Assembly: GCA_965231145.1 (NCBI GenBank)
Contig: OZ246420.1
Location: 900,001 to 932,000 of the forward strand
Direction: 5' to 3'
DNA length: 32,000 bases
Source: Candidatus Saccharimonadota bacterium
GTDB lineage: Bacteria; Patescibacteriota; Gracilibacteria; Absconditabacterales; Absconditicoccaceae
Part shown: positions 20,383 through 29,413 of the stretch, piece by piece
Layout: every line of letters begins with the position of its first letter
How positions within the stretch are numbered: position 1 is the first letter of the stretch
Position numbers and translations under genes: made by a program
The notes under the pieces: generated by a model
Told to the model about the DNA's origin: nothing
Seen by the model: the letters and a program-made list of their open reading frames with translations, nothing else
The model's database searches: none

Positions 20383-20475
20383 CATATAAATTCAGAGAGT
20401 AGAAATCAAAGAACAAAATGAAATAGATTATTGGGCATGAATGTCTGGCCTTCAACCAGACCACAAACAGCAAAT

Positions 20476-20512
20476 ATGGCAATAGAAATCTACTTCTATC
20501 TGCCATTTTTTT
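20476..20512 (+). terminator. rho-independent terminator ~95 nt after the pilin stop
   Basis: ATGGCAATAGAA-ATCTAC-TTCTAT(C)TGCCAT followed by TTTTTTT. Confidence 0.7.
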
Positions 20513-20650
20513 ATGCATTTTTTGTAAAAGAACGGAAGGATCATTACTCTTATCGTAAAGCATCTTATTTAGTTAAAAGTTTTAAAGTTCGTAAAGTTAA
20601 AACCTCATTGTTTCTACTTTATGAACCTTCTACTTTATAAACTGTACTAT

Positions 20651-22294
20651 ATGGAAAGCGTAAGTATCTGGAATCTTATATGATGACTTGGAGTCTTCCT
20701 CTTTGGAATGATAGTTTTTGAACAAACTATCGAAGATATGGGGAAAGCAAAACTCAAAAGAATTCTTGGTAAAAATACTAATACTCGCCTAAAGAGTATC
20801 ATTACTGGAATCATACAAACATGTATTTTTCAAAGTAGCACCATCGTCACGATGATGACTTTATGATTTGTAGGTGCTGGAGTGATCGGGCTTGGAAATG
20901 CGCTCGGTGTTGTAATTGGGGCAAATGTTTGAACAACTCTCACGCCATGGATCATTTCACTTCTTGGATTTAAATTGAATATAGAAGCGCTTGCGCTTCC
21001 AATCATCGGTATCGGAGCGCTTAGCGTGATGATTTTCTCTGCCTATCCAAAAGTCGTGAGCATCGGTAAATTTTTAGTATGATTTGGATTTTTGTTTTTA
21101 GGTCTTTGATATATGAAAGAAAGCGTAGAGCTACTCGCCCACTCTGTATCACTTGCTGAGTACACACATCTACCTATCTGGTGATTTGTATTGATTGGAC
21201 TGGTGATGACGACGATAATGCAAACGAGTACCGGAGCAACAATTATTACGCTGACGGCGCTCAATGCGGGGATTATCTCTGTGGATATGGCGCTTGGCGT
21301 CGTCATTGGTGCGAATATGGGATCGGCAATCTCCACCACTATCGTTGGATTCCTTTCTAGTACAAAGACTCAGGTAGTCAAAAAGCAAGTGGCGTTTAGT
21401 CATTTCCTTTTCAATATCACAACAACTATTATCGTGACACTCTGCTATGTTCCGCTGAGAAATCTGATGTTCCTTATCCTCGGAGACAACCCTGATCCAA
21501 CCATAATATTGGCTCTTTTCCATACCACGTTCAATGTAATCTTAGCGCTATTATGGGCTCCATGGCTGAAAAAAATGATCCCACTCCTCCATCGTCTTTT
21601 CCCTCGCCCCACAAGCACACTTCATCTCGCGGTAGAACGCGTCAGCACAACACTTCCCGAGGAAATTCTTCCTGCACTGCAGTGCGATACTCAACTTCTT
21701 GTAGAAAAAGTGATTGCCTACAACCGTGCTTCACTCATGCTCGATCATAGTGAGTACAGACATCGCATAGAAAAATATAGTGAGCTTAAACAGATAGAAG
21801 AGAAACTTCTTGAAAGCGTAGTGATCTATACAACGTATCAATATACTCCTGAGCAAGCGACGTCACTCCATCTTCTTCATGATGCGATCATCGACAACAT
21901 CAGTAGTAGTAAATACATCAAAGACGTATCGCATCATCTCGACAACCTGAAGGACAATAGTCTCGAGGAGGTTATGTCAGAAAGCTATAGTTTTTTCCAA
22001 AGGCTCGTAAGACAGACAACAGATATGATCCACACATGGGAGCATATCTCTCCTCCGCTCACAGCAGAAGAACTACAAGATAACGTCTCTAGTCTAAGCG
22101 CATCACTCCATAGCGATAACGATACATTCATCGGTTCTCTCTCCTCTACCGTAACGCATCAGCACAATGACGAGCTGAACATTGCAGAGATCATCAAGTC
22201 GCATCACTATATTATCCTTTCATGTGAGGCACTTCTCCAAAGTTATCTGAAGCTCTATCGCAGCCAGAGAAGCAACGACAAAAACGTGAGTTAA
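20651..22294 (+). CDS. Na/Pi cotransporter family protein with PhoU-like C-terminal domain
   Basis: ...GVFLFGMIVFEQTIEDMG..., twin motifs GANV[TGA=G]TTLTPW and GANMGSAISTT, and a helical C-terminal half. The N-terminal 180 codons are missing from track ORF 21191..22294 because of 7 TGA. Confidence 0.85.
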
Positions 22295-22307
22295 TCTCAC
22301 GTTTTTT
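22283..22307 (+). terminator. rho-independent terminator overlapping the stop codon
   Basis: AACGTGAG-TTAAT-CTCACGTT followed by TTTT. Confidence 0.7.
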
Positions 22308-22370
22308 GCTATAAAAAAACACCGCACAGATTCTGCGCGATGTTGTAGTGCCATACCACATTGTGGACCA

Positions 22371-22490
22371 TTACGGATTATCCCCTTCTCTTGTTCGTAT
22401 GTGGCCTTTGCAACCAATGCCCGTTGTGTGGCCATTGCCACCAATTGCATAACGATACTTGCCGTCTGCGTCTGCTGTTTTGATTTTCAT
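22371..22490 (-). CDS. candidate 39-aa Gly/His-rich small ORF
   Basis: MKIKTADADGKYRYAIGGNGHTTGIGCKGHIRTREGDNP, stop TAA. About 30 nt downstream is a minus-strand hairpin CGCGCAG-AAU-CUGUGCG plus a U7 run (22313-22339). Confidence 0.3.
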   Translation of the reverse strand: MKIKTADADGKYRYAIGGNGHTTGIGCKGHIRTREGDNP

Positions 22491-22574
22491 AAACAGTTGG
22501 TTTTATGTGTAGCTTGTTGTACCCTTCTAGTACACAAAAACAAGTTTTTTTATAAAAAAATGATGAAAAATAAT

Positions 22575-22602
22575 TTGATTTCGAGAAAAGCAATACTACA
22601 AT
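22575..22602 (+). promoter_or_regulatory. sigma70-like promoter for the 22625 gene
   Basis: TTGATT, 16-nt spacer, TACAAT, located 22 nt upstream of the ATG. Confidence 0.4.
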
Positions 22603-22624
22603 AGGAAGCACTAAAAACACATGT

Positions 22625-22936
22625 ATGAAAAAAATAGTATGTATCGGTATAGCAATAGTAGCCATATGGAGTCTGTCTTACCACGATGAAAAGTGTGTAA
22701 AATGGGTGCTACAAACAGATGGCTCATGGAAGACAACTGGCTTTGTCTTTGATAAACAAAAGTTCCCTGATGGTCGCTTGGTAACTATTGGCCCATGGGA
22801 AAATAGCATCAAGATAGAATATCCCAATGGTGATTGGGATGAATATGTCATTTCACAGGGAAAGAAACAACTTATCACTACTTATCGCCTACAAACAGGT
22901 ATAAAAAAAATCCCCCGTTGGCGAGAGGATGAGTAA
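22625..22936 (+). CDS. hypothetical small secreted/anchored protein
   Basis: Uninterrupted 103-aa ORF with hydrophobic N-terminus MKKIVCIGIAIVAIWSL. A terminator follows. Confidence 0.5.
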   Translation: MKKIVCIGIAIVAIWSLSYHDEKCVKWVLQTDGSWKTTGFVFDKQKFPDGRLVTIGPWENSIKIEYPNGDWDEYVISQGKKQLITTYRLQTGIKKIPRWREDE

Positions 22937-22959
22937 AAATGTATATCATTGGAATTTAC

Positions 22960-22992
22960 AACTATCTGCAATTATGTGCGGATAGTTTTTTT
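22960..22992 (+). terminator. terminator of the 22625 gene, abutting the mutL stop
   Basis: AACTATC-N14-GATAGTT followed by TTTTT. Confidence 0.5.
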
Positions 22993-24742
22993 ATCTGTCA
23001 AAAAGTCCGTCGACATCTCCTCTGTTCATCTTGATGAAAAATGGTCTTCCGTGTTGGCAGACGAACATGCCGTCGATATGCGAAAATCCATCTTGTACAA
23101 GACGCTGCATTTCTGGAAGTGACAGTTTTTCTCCTGCTTTAATAGATGCTTTACATGCCTTCATAGCATAAAGCTCATCGAGGATAATGTCAAATGAAAT
23201 GGGATCTTTATGTAATGTAATGTTGAGCAATGTTTCAAGATCGATCTGATAGTCGACAAATACTTTTGGCACTGCATGCACGATAAGCTTATTTTCTCCG
23301 AACAGAGAAAGATCGAATCCAAGGCTTTGGAGCTGCTCTATCTTTTCATCGAGCAACATGGTCTTGGGAAATTCTATGGTCACTGGTTGTAGCAAAGTTT
23401 CTGGCGTGAGTCCTTCCTCATGTGCTTTCTTTTTCATTTTCTCAAATGCAATACGCTCTGCGAGTGCGTGTTGATCGATCATATATAAGCCATCATCTGC
23501 TTGTAAAACGATGTACATATTTCGTAGCTGACCAACTACCGTGTAGTGTGTATCAGCAGTCGAAATATTGAATGCACTATCAGATTCTCCAGATGATGAT
23601 GCAACGCTCACATGTTCCTCAAAGGTGAATGGAAGCGGATCTATGCGTTGCCCCTGAGCAGCGCGAAAGGGATTGTGAAAGAAATTATTATCAATATGTG
23701 AAACTGGAGTCGATGCAATTTTATCGAGTGTGTCACGAGGAATATCAATAATCTTTTCATCACCGAGAGATTTTTTTACCGCAAAATGCACTGCCTGATA
23801 GATACTTCCGGGATCCGCAAAACGAACCTCGAGCTTTCTTGGATGTACGTTTACATCAACAAGTTCAGGGTCTATGTCTACAAAAAGAAGGGCCAAGGGA
23901 TAAGTGCCATGGGCTATTTGTCTTTCGTATGCTGTGAGTAATGCCTTCTTCAGTACTCTGTCCTGCACCGGACGAGCATTGACGAAAATACGGATGTTTT
24001 CCGGAGAGCCAAACGTCAGCGATGAATCAGAAAGCACGCCATACATACGGATCGATTTGTCATCGAAATCGAGAATACGCACATTACTTTCCCGGTCTTT
24101 CTTGAAAATATCTCCAAAACGAGTGAGCAAATCGTCTGCAGCAGCGAGATCGAAAATAATTTTTCCGTCTTTTTTTAAGACCCAACGCTTATCCCAGTGA
24201 ATAAGCGCAAAATTGAGGAACAAGTCATAACAATAGAAGTACTCTGTCTGTGACGACTTGAGAAATTTTTGTCTTACCGGCGTGTTGAAAAAAAGATCTT
24301 CAACAATGACTGTTGTTCAGTGCCCACCTGCAAAGCTCATAGGTCTTACATGGATTTCGCTTCCAATCTTCGTCAGCGTCTGACCAACAGTACTATCAAT
24401 ACGCTTTGTTTGGATCGTCATCTTACTTACTTCGCTGATCGACGCCATAGCCTCACCGCGGAAACCATAGGAGCTGATAGAATACAAATCATCTTCTGAG
24501 GCGATCTTACTCGTCGCATATCTTTCCAAAACCAAGTCGATATCTTCCGTATCTATACCCTCTCCATCGTCTTCTATCTTAATCATTTTCTTTCATCCAT
24601 CATGCAGATCGACGATGATCTCATTGGCACCCGCATCAAGCGAGTTTTCCACGAGCTCCTTCATGACCGACGCCGGGCGCTCGACAATTTCTCACGCTTT
24701 CAATTTGTTGATGAGAAATTCTGGTAGTCTTTGAATTGGCAT
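22991..24742 (-). CDS. mutL: DNA mismatch repair protein MutL
   Basis: [16 protein letters not shown][TGA=G][22 protein letters not shown]... (TGA 24692-24694), ...[12 protein letters not shown]..., [TGA=G][20 protein letters not shown] (TGA 24317-24319), and a C-terminal dimerisation domain ...[11 protein letters not shown]. All pieces are in one frame. Stop TAA 22991-22993. Confidence 0.93.
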
Positions 24743-24841
24743 AGGTACTAATTCTAGGTGCTAAATTTGGGAACGATGACAAAATCGCAATATAAGGGGA
24801 ATATAGTTATTTCCCCCTCAAATAAAATCAAAAAACAACAA

Positions 24842-25690
24842 TTACGATAAAGAGAGTATCCGTGAGCTTATCATCATCATGATCCACGCCGCTAAGATCA
24901 TACCCGGGAAAAATGGAATCATGCGTTTACCTCATTCATGTGTGATAGGTATGACGACGAGTAGTAACAATGACGCTATGCATGCTACGATAACGTAATA
25001 TCGAAAATACTGTACTGTCATCATCCAAGAACCCATATCCATGAGACCACTACTTTGTACTACTTTCCAAAGCACAGCGCCAACAATAGGCGCGAGCATA
25101 ACATCTCACTGACCGATGCCTTCGGCATCCTGCTTCCATCTGAAGCGAACATAGAGTTTAGCGAGCAGATAAATGAAAACAAAACCTATAGTGAAGATGA
25201 CTACTCGCTGAGCAGCAGTAAGAAAACTAGTTCCATCATTACCATAGATCAACAGACCTGCTGCTCAGAGCAGCGCCATCCATCGAGCTACAGGATGAAG
25301 ATACATCGTTCGGATGTCATAGATCATCAGCAAATAGAGCGACCGATGCACAAAGAGCGACAAGATAAGCAAAGTAATATCTCCTCCACCATAGAGCGTT
25401 CGCCAATATGTTATTCCCAGAAACACCAACGCTGAACCAAGTTCAAGAAGCGGATACCAGTGTGAGACTGTCGCTTTACAATAGCGACACTTCCCTCTTG
25501 TCGAAAGCCACGAAAGCAATGGAAAAAGATCATATCGCGTCAGCGTATGCTTGCAATGCGGACACTGAGAACGTCAGACCAACACTGAACGAACTTTTTT
25601 TCGTGTTACTTCGGTTCCTAGTCTATGCAAAATAACTGATCAAAATGATCAGAAGAGCAAGCCTATGATAAATACAGCGATATATAACAT
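24842..25690 (-). CDS. pilD: prepilin peptidase (A24 family)
   Basis: MLYIAVFIIGLLF[G]SF[G]SVILHRL...CPHCKHTLTRYDLFPLLSWLSTRGKCRYCKATVSHWYPLLELG...LLMIYDIRTMYL...GIGQ[G]DVMLAPIVG... The track shows only an 84-aa piece. Stop TAA 24842-24844. Confidence 0.88.
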
Positions 25691-25726
25691 AATTGTATTT
25701 TCAGAAATGCTAAACATATGTTATAT

Positions 25727-25945
25727 TTCTTATTCGTCGGATATACCCCACGTCTCCTCTTTGCGGTCGTGAAGTTCTAGCAAGAGTGTTAGTATTGAGC
25801 TGGAGTCGCTGTGATGTGCGCGACAGCGAAATACTTCGTAGTCAATATATGAATAACTCACAGGCTCGTAGTGCTATATCCGACTAGACCTTTTTGGTTA
25901 CTTTTTGGGGATATGCCAAAAAGTGACGCCCCTCCGGCAGGAGAA
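25727..25945 (-). repeat. copy B of the ~220-nt dispersed element (inverted relative to copy A)
   Basis: See copy A. In element orientation it lies 36 nt upstream of the pilD ATG and directly downstream of the 62-aa ORF stop (25947). Confidence 0.8.
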
Positions 25946-25946
25946 A

Positions 25947-26135
25947 TTATTTTATAGCTCCCGTTATGGTAGAGCCGCTTTGAGTTCCAAAATTTTCCTG
26001 AAATACCTTGATAAATCCTTCTGCTATACGCTTCTTTTCAGTCTTTTCACCATAAATCATGCCACCGAGAAATGAGCCGAAAGCTACCAAAATACAGATA
26101 ATAATCCAAGAGATATGCGTCGATTTATGCTTCAT
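25947..26135 (-). CDS. hypothetical small single-pass membrane protein (62 aa)
   Basis: Uninterrupted ORF with TM helix ISWIIICILVAFGSFLGGMIY. TAA stop. Confidence 0.45.
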   Translation of the reverse strand: MKHKSTHISWIIICILVAFGSFLGGMIYGEKTEKKRIAEGFIKVFQENFGTQSGSTITGAIK

Positions 26136-26187
26136 AATGACAAATGATAATAAGGATAAATAATATTGATTTTACTATAATATTCGG

Positions 26188-26267
26188 TAAGATAAATATC
26201 CCTCTTGCATTTGAGAGGAAATGGTGAATAGAGCGGCCCGGGGTAGGATATCCTCCCCGGTTTTTTT
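26188..26267 (+). ncRNA. candidate small RNA 1 (orphan -10 box + hairpin + strong terminator)
   Basis: TATAAT at 26176-26181. Hairpin CCTCT-N8-AGAGG (26201-26218). Terminator CCGGGG.AGGA..TCCT.CCCCGG followed by T7 (26238-26267). No ORF on this strand upstream. Confidence 0.35.
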
Positions 26268-26283
26268 GTAACAAAATTGATTA

Positions 26284-26391
26284 TTGACTTTACGATCTAT
26301 AGCTTTATAGTCATTTTGCTCGTAGGAAAAGGCGTTGTATACCAACGCTCTTCGCTACCGGAAGGGTGTCTTCACACTCCTTCCGTTTTTT
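26284..26391 (+). ncRNA. candidate small RNA 2 with its own promoter and terminator
   Basis: TTGACT (26284-26289), 16-nt spacer, TATAGT (26306-26311). Hairpin GCGTTG-TATAC-CAACGC (26332-26348). Terminator CGGAAGG-GTGT-CTTC-ACAC-T-CCTTCCG followed by T6 (26359-26391). Confidence 0.4.
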
Positions 26392-26484
26392 GTATTAGTG
26401 TTATATAATAATTTCTAACTATTCATAGGTTGATTACAAATCAAACCTTCTTTTCGGGAGGCAAATCACTATACATAATTCACC

Positions 26485-28146
26485 ATGAATTATAACGTGC
26501 TGTATGAAAGTAGTGACGAATCGGTCATCGAAAGGCTGATGAAAATCAGAAAGATCGAAGACAATCTTGAGGATTTTATGAATCCCACTTTTGCGCGTTA
26601 TCGAGGAGATCAGGAAAAGCTCCATGACTTTGAAAAAGGCATGACAAGGATACTTTCAGCCATAGAGAACAATGAAAAAATCATGGTGTTTGGAGACTAC
26701 GATGTCGACGGAATATCTGCGAGCTATGTCGTCTATGTTTTTTTTCAAAAATTTTTGTGATACAAAAATATTTCTATCCAGCTCCCCTCTCGCCTGGAAG
26801 ATGGCTATGGGATGAAAACATATCATCTCGATCAGATGAAAGAAAAGTGAGTCGATTTGATCATCACTGTAGACAATGGGATTACTGCTGTTGCTGAGGC
26901 TGCCTATGCAAAAGAGATCGGGATCGATATGGTGATTACCGATCATCATCAGCCACTCGCAACCATTCCCGAAGCTGTTGCAGTTATCAATCCACAGATC
27001 TCTCCTAACTATGATTTCAAAGAAATATGCGGAGCTACTGTTGCTTTTAAATTGATTGCAGGGCTCTCAACGAGACTTATCAAAGATGCAAAAAAGAGAC
27101 AAGAAATTTTCAATTTCTTTATGCCTATTGTCGGTATAGCAACAGTTGCAGACTGTATGCCTTTGGTCAATGAAAATCGTCTCCTCGTAAAAACAGCTCT
27201 TGACCTCATGAATAAGAGAAAGTGAATCCCTGAGGCGATTAGTAATTTCTTAGACTATCTTAATATTAAATGACCTATCGATACATTTCATATTGGTTTC
27301 CAGATCGCCCCAAGGCTCAATGCATGAGGCAGGATGATGACGCCATATGACAGTTTGTATGTGTTGCTTCATACTGGCGATAAGCAGCTTCGTTTTCTTG
27401 AAAATCTTGACTCACTCAATACAGAGCGTAGAAAGATACAAGAGAACGCCTATAAGTATGCAGTAGCAAACATGGACAACGAACAAATGATCATCTTTAC
27501 CGCAAGCGATGAGTTTCATGAGGGCGTCATCGGTATCGTGGCAGGAAAACTCACTGAAAAATTTCGCAAACCATCGATTGTCTTATCGATAGACAAAACA
27601 AAATGACATGCGGTCGCCTCACTTCGCGGACCAGAATATTTTTCAGTTATCGATATGCTCTACGACGCAGCTCCTCTGCTTGAACGCTATGGAGGTCACA
27701 AGCAAGCATGAGGACTCACAGTGAAAATAGAAAATCTCGAAGAGTTACAAAAAAGACTGTATGAGTATACAGCGCGTGTTATCCAGGAACATATGCTGCA
27801 AAAGACTATTAGTATCGATACACAGCTTCATCATCATGAGATGACGAGAGAAACAGTAGAAGCTATCAGCTGTCTCGCACCTTTTGGCCAAGGCAATCAA
27901 GAACCGATATTTCTCATAGAGGAAATGACTATTACTCATGCTGAAAAAGTAGGAAAAACAGGAGCGTGACATCTTAAACTTCATGTAAAAAACAAGGAAA
28001 ATCTTTCGATGCATGCACTTTTCCGATGAGATGGAGAAAAGCTTAAGGATATCGAAAAATGAAGCGGGACGAGCCTTATTTGAACACTGAAGAAGGATGA
28101 TTTCAATGGTGGAGTGTTTATAGAGGGGAAACTGCTATTATCGTAA
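26485..28146 (+). CDS. recJ: single-stranded-DNA-specific exonuclease RecJ
   Basis: DHH-family motifs VFGDYDVDGISA, ITVDNGI, VITDHHQP, GIATVADCMPLV, plus the DHHA1 region ...HEGVIGIVAGKL...YGGHKQA[G]GLT. Four track ORFs are in one frame, joined by ~12 TGA. Stop TAA 28144-28146. Confidence 0.92.
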
Positions 28147-28218
28147 ATGCTTCTAGACGCTAGTCTCTAGTCTTTAGAAGATAAATACTTAGTTTTAAAA
28201 CATAAACTAAAATAAAAA

Positions 28219-28593
28219 ATGACTAATTTTGAAAAATTGGGAGTATGGCACAAATCCATAGACCTCTCTGCCAGTATGCATGAACTATGTGATACACAGC
28301 CTTCACTCAAAAGAAATTATGGACTAAAAGATCAAATTCAAAGAGCAAGCGTATCTATTCCTAGCAATATTGCTGAATGATCATGAAGACAGACGGATAA
28401 AGAATTTATAAGATTTCTCTATATCGCAAGAGGAAGTTGTTGTGAATTATTTACACAGATTACTATTCTTTTACGCATTAAATATATTGATATTTTCACA
28501 CATTCTTCGATCACTCATCAAATAACAGAAATACAGAAAATGATTAATGGGCTCATATCAGCTCTATCCAAACAACTAGCGACTAAAAACTAG
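28219..28593 (+). CDS. four-helix-bundle protein (23S rRNA intervening-sequence protein / Avd family)
   Basis: Absent from the ORF track. MTNFEKLGVWHKSIDLSASMHELC...LKDQIQRASVSIPSNIAE[TGA]S[TGA]RQTDKEFIRFLYIARGSCCELFTQI... shows the family signature (W....l....y, IpsNIAEG, F..iA.GS..El). Stop TAG 28591-28593. Confidence 0.85.
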
Positions 28594-28638
28594 CAGCTAG
28601 CGACTTTTTTGATATTATCCATTCTCGATAAATTTGGC

Positions 28639-28666
28639 TTGACATCCCTTTTTAGGGGGATAGAAT
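28639..28666 (+). promoter_or_regulatory. sigma70-like promoter of the MAK operon
   Basis: TTGACA, 16-nt spacer, TAGAAT, located 25 nt upstream of ATG 28692. Confidence 0.5.
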
Positions 28667-28691
28667 AGAACCCTAACCAAAAGACTAAAAA

Positions 28692-29162
28692 ATGGCTAAA
28701 AGCACAAACACTCTCGCCGTACTAAAAGCTATAACAATAGTAATGGCTCCATCATTAACATCATCTAAAACACCTACTCGCCGCAGCAAAGCGAGAAATG
28801 CAAAAGAAGCTGATACGCCTAAAAAACGAACAGGCAAAATCACGCTGCTACCCATTAAACAACAGCTACAGAAAAAGAAAAAAGCAAAACAACACCAAGC
28901 AGGCTCCGCCAGGAAGAAAAACAATTCTGGGTCACCTGCACTTAAGTGGCCTCCTAGTGATCCTGCAGCTTTGCAGGCAGCAAAAGAAGCGCTTAAAAAC
29001 ATGAGAATAAAAACGCGTTCCAACCCTGCAAAAAAAGACCCTCGGAGACAAAAAAATCCCAAGGAGAAAGTATTTGTAGTGGAAGCTTATTCCCCCACAA
29101 CTCCTGCCAATCGTCGCCCTAAAGAGCGACTTGTGAAAAGAATTCCGAACTCCAAATGTTAA
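28692..29162 (+). CDS. hypothetical highly basic low-complexity protein (156 aa)
   Basis: Longest frame in an A-rich stretch. K/R/P/T/A-rich with no recognisable domain. Starts MAKS. The coding status is less certain than its length suggests because A-rich DNA keeps several frames open (see ORFs 28798..29004 and 28685..29062). Confidence 0.4.
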   Translation: MAKSTNTLAVLKAITIVMAPSLTSSKTPTRRSKARNAKEADTPKKRTGKITLLPIKQQLQKKKKAKQHQAGSARKKNNSGSPALKWPPSDPAALQAAKEALKNMRIKTRSNPAKKDPRRQKNPKEKVFVVEAYSPTTPANRRPKERLVKRIPNSKC

Positions 29163-29180
29163 CCGTAAAAAGAATACGCT

Positions 29181-29369
29181 ATGGCAAAGAAACAACCACG
29201 ACCACAGCAAAAGGATGGACAAAACCAGCATCCTACAAATAACAATGTTACTACCAGTTACCCATACCCCATACCTCCGAATGCGGCCCGCATTATAGGC
29301 TCTTCTACAGCGTATGGTCTGGGGGCATCACTGGGGGGCTCTGAAAAGCCAGTCCAATCAAAACATTAA
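29181..29369 (+). CDS. hypothetical small protein (62 aa)
   Basis: Starts MAKKQPRPQQK and has a Gly/Ser-rich C-terminus. Tightly spaced between its neighbours on the same strand. Confidence 0.35.
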   Translation: MAKKQPRPQQKDGQNQHPTNNNVTTSYPYPIPPNAARIIGSSTAYGLGASLGGSEKPVQSKH

Positions 29370-29413
29370 GCTAATTCACCACATTTCCACCAAATCAACT
29401 CAAACAAACTCAA

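Noticed and set aside
20372-20640. ORFs 20372..20563 (-) and 20431..20640 (+) in the pilin to Na/Pi transporter spacer.
   Set aside because: The region contains the pilin 3' hairpin and a strong plus-strand terminator (20476-20512). The ORFs cut across these and have no recognisable features.
22220-22665. Track ORFs 22220..22450 and 22378..22665 on the minus strand as real genes.
   Set aside because: The first overlaps the 3' end and terminator of the Na/Pi transporter gene. The second runs across the promoter and start of the 22625 gene. Only the short 22371..22490 frame has a start, a true stop and a terminator in sensible positions, and even that is low confidence.
1783-25945. The two inverted ~220-nt repeats as terminal inverted repeats of a 24-kb composite transposon or island.
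   Set aside because: The interior is ordinary core genome (rarA, dprA, mltG, yidC, rpmE, ndk, mutL, pilD) using the host TGA-Gly code. There is no transposase or integrase. The repeats are better explained as a dispersed intergenic element.
28159-28175. Shared 10-mer CGCTAGTCTC between the recJ downstream spacer and the recG insertion (31904-31913) as evidence of a specific repeat family.
   Set aside because: Exact 10-mer matches are expected many times by chance within a 32-kb window on two strands. Only the general word-like composition is noteworthy.
28219-28593. The Avd-family four-helix-bundle gene as a marker of a diversity-generating retroelement.
   Set aside because: No reverse transcriptase ORF exists in any frame (with or without TGA read-through) in the window. 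I found no template/variable repeat pair. The mismatches between the one repeat pair present (1783/25727) are not adenine-specific.
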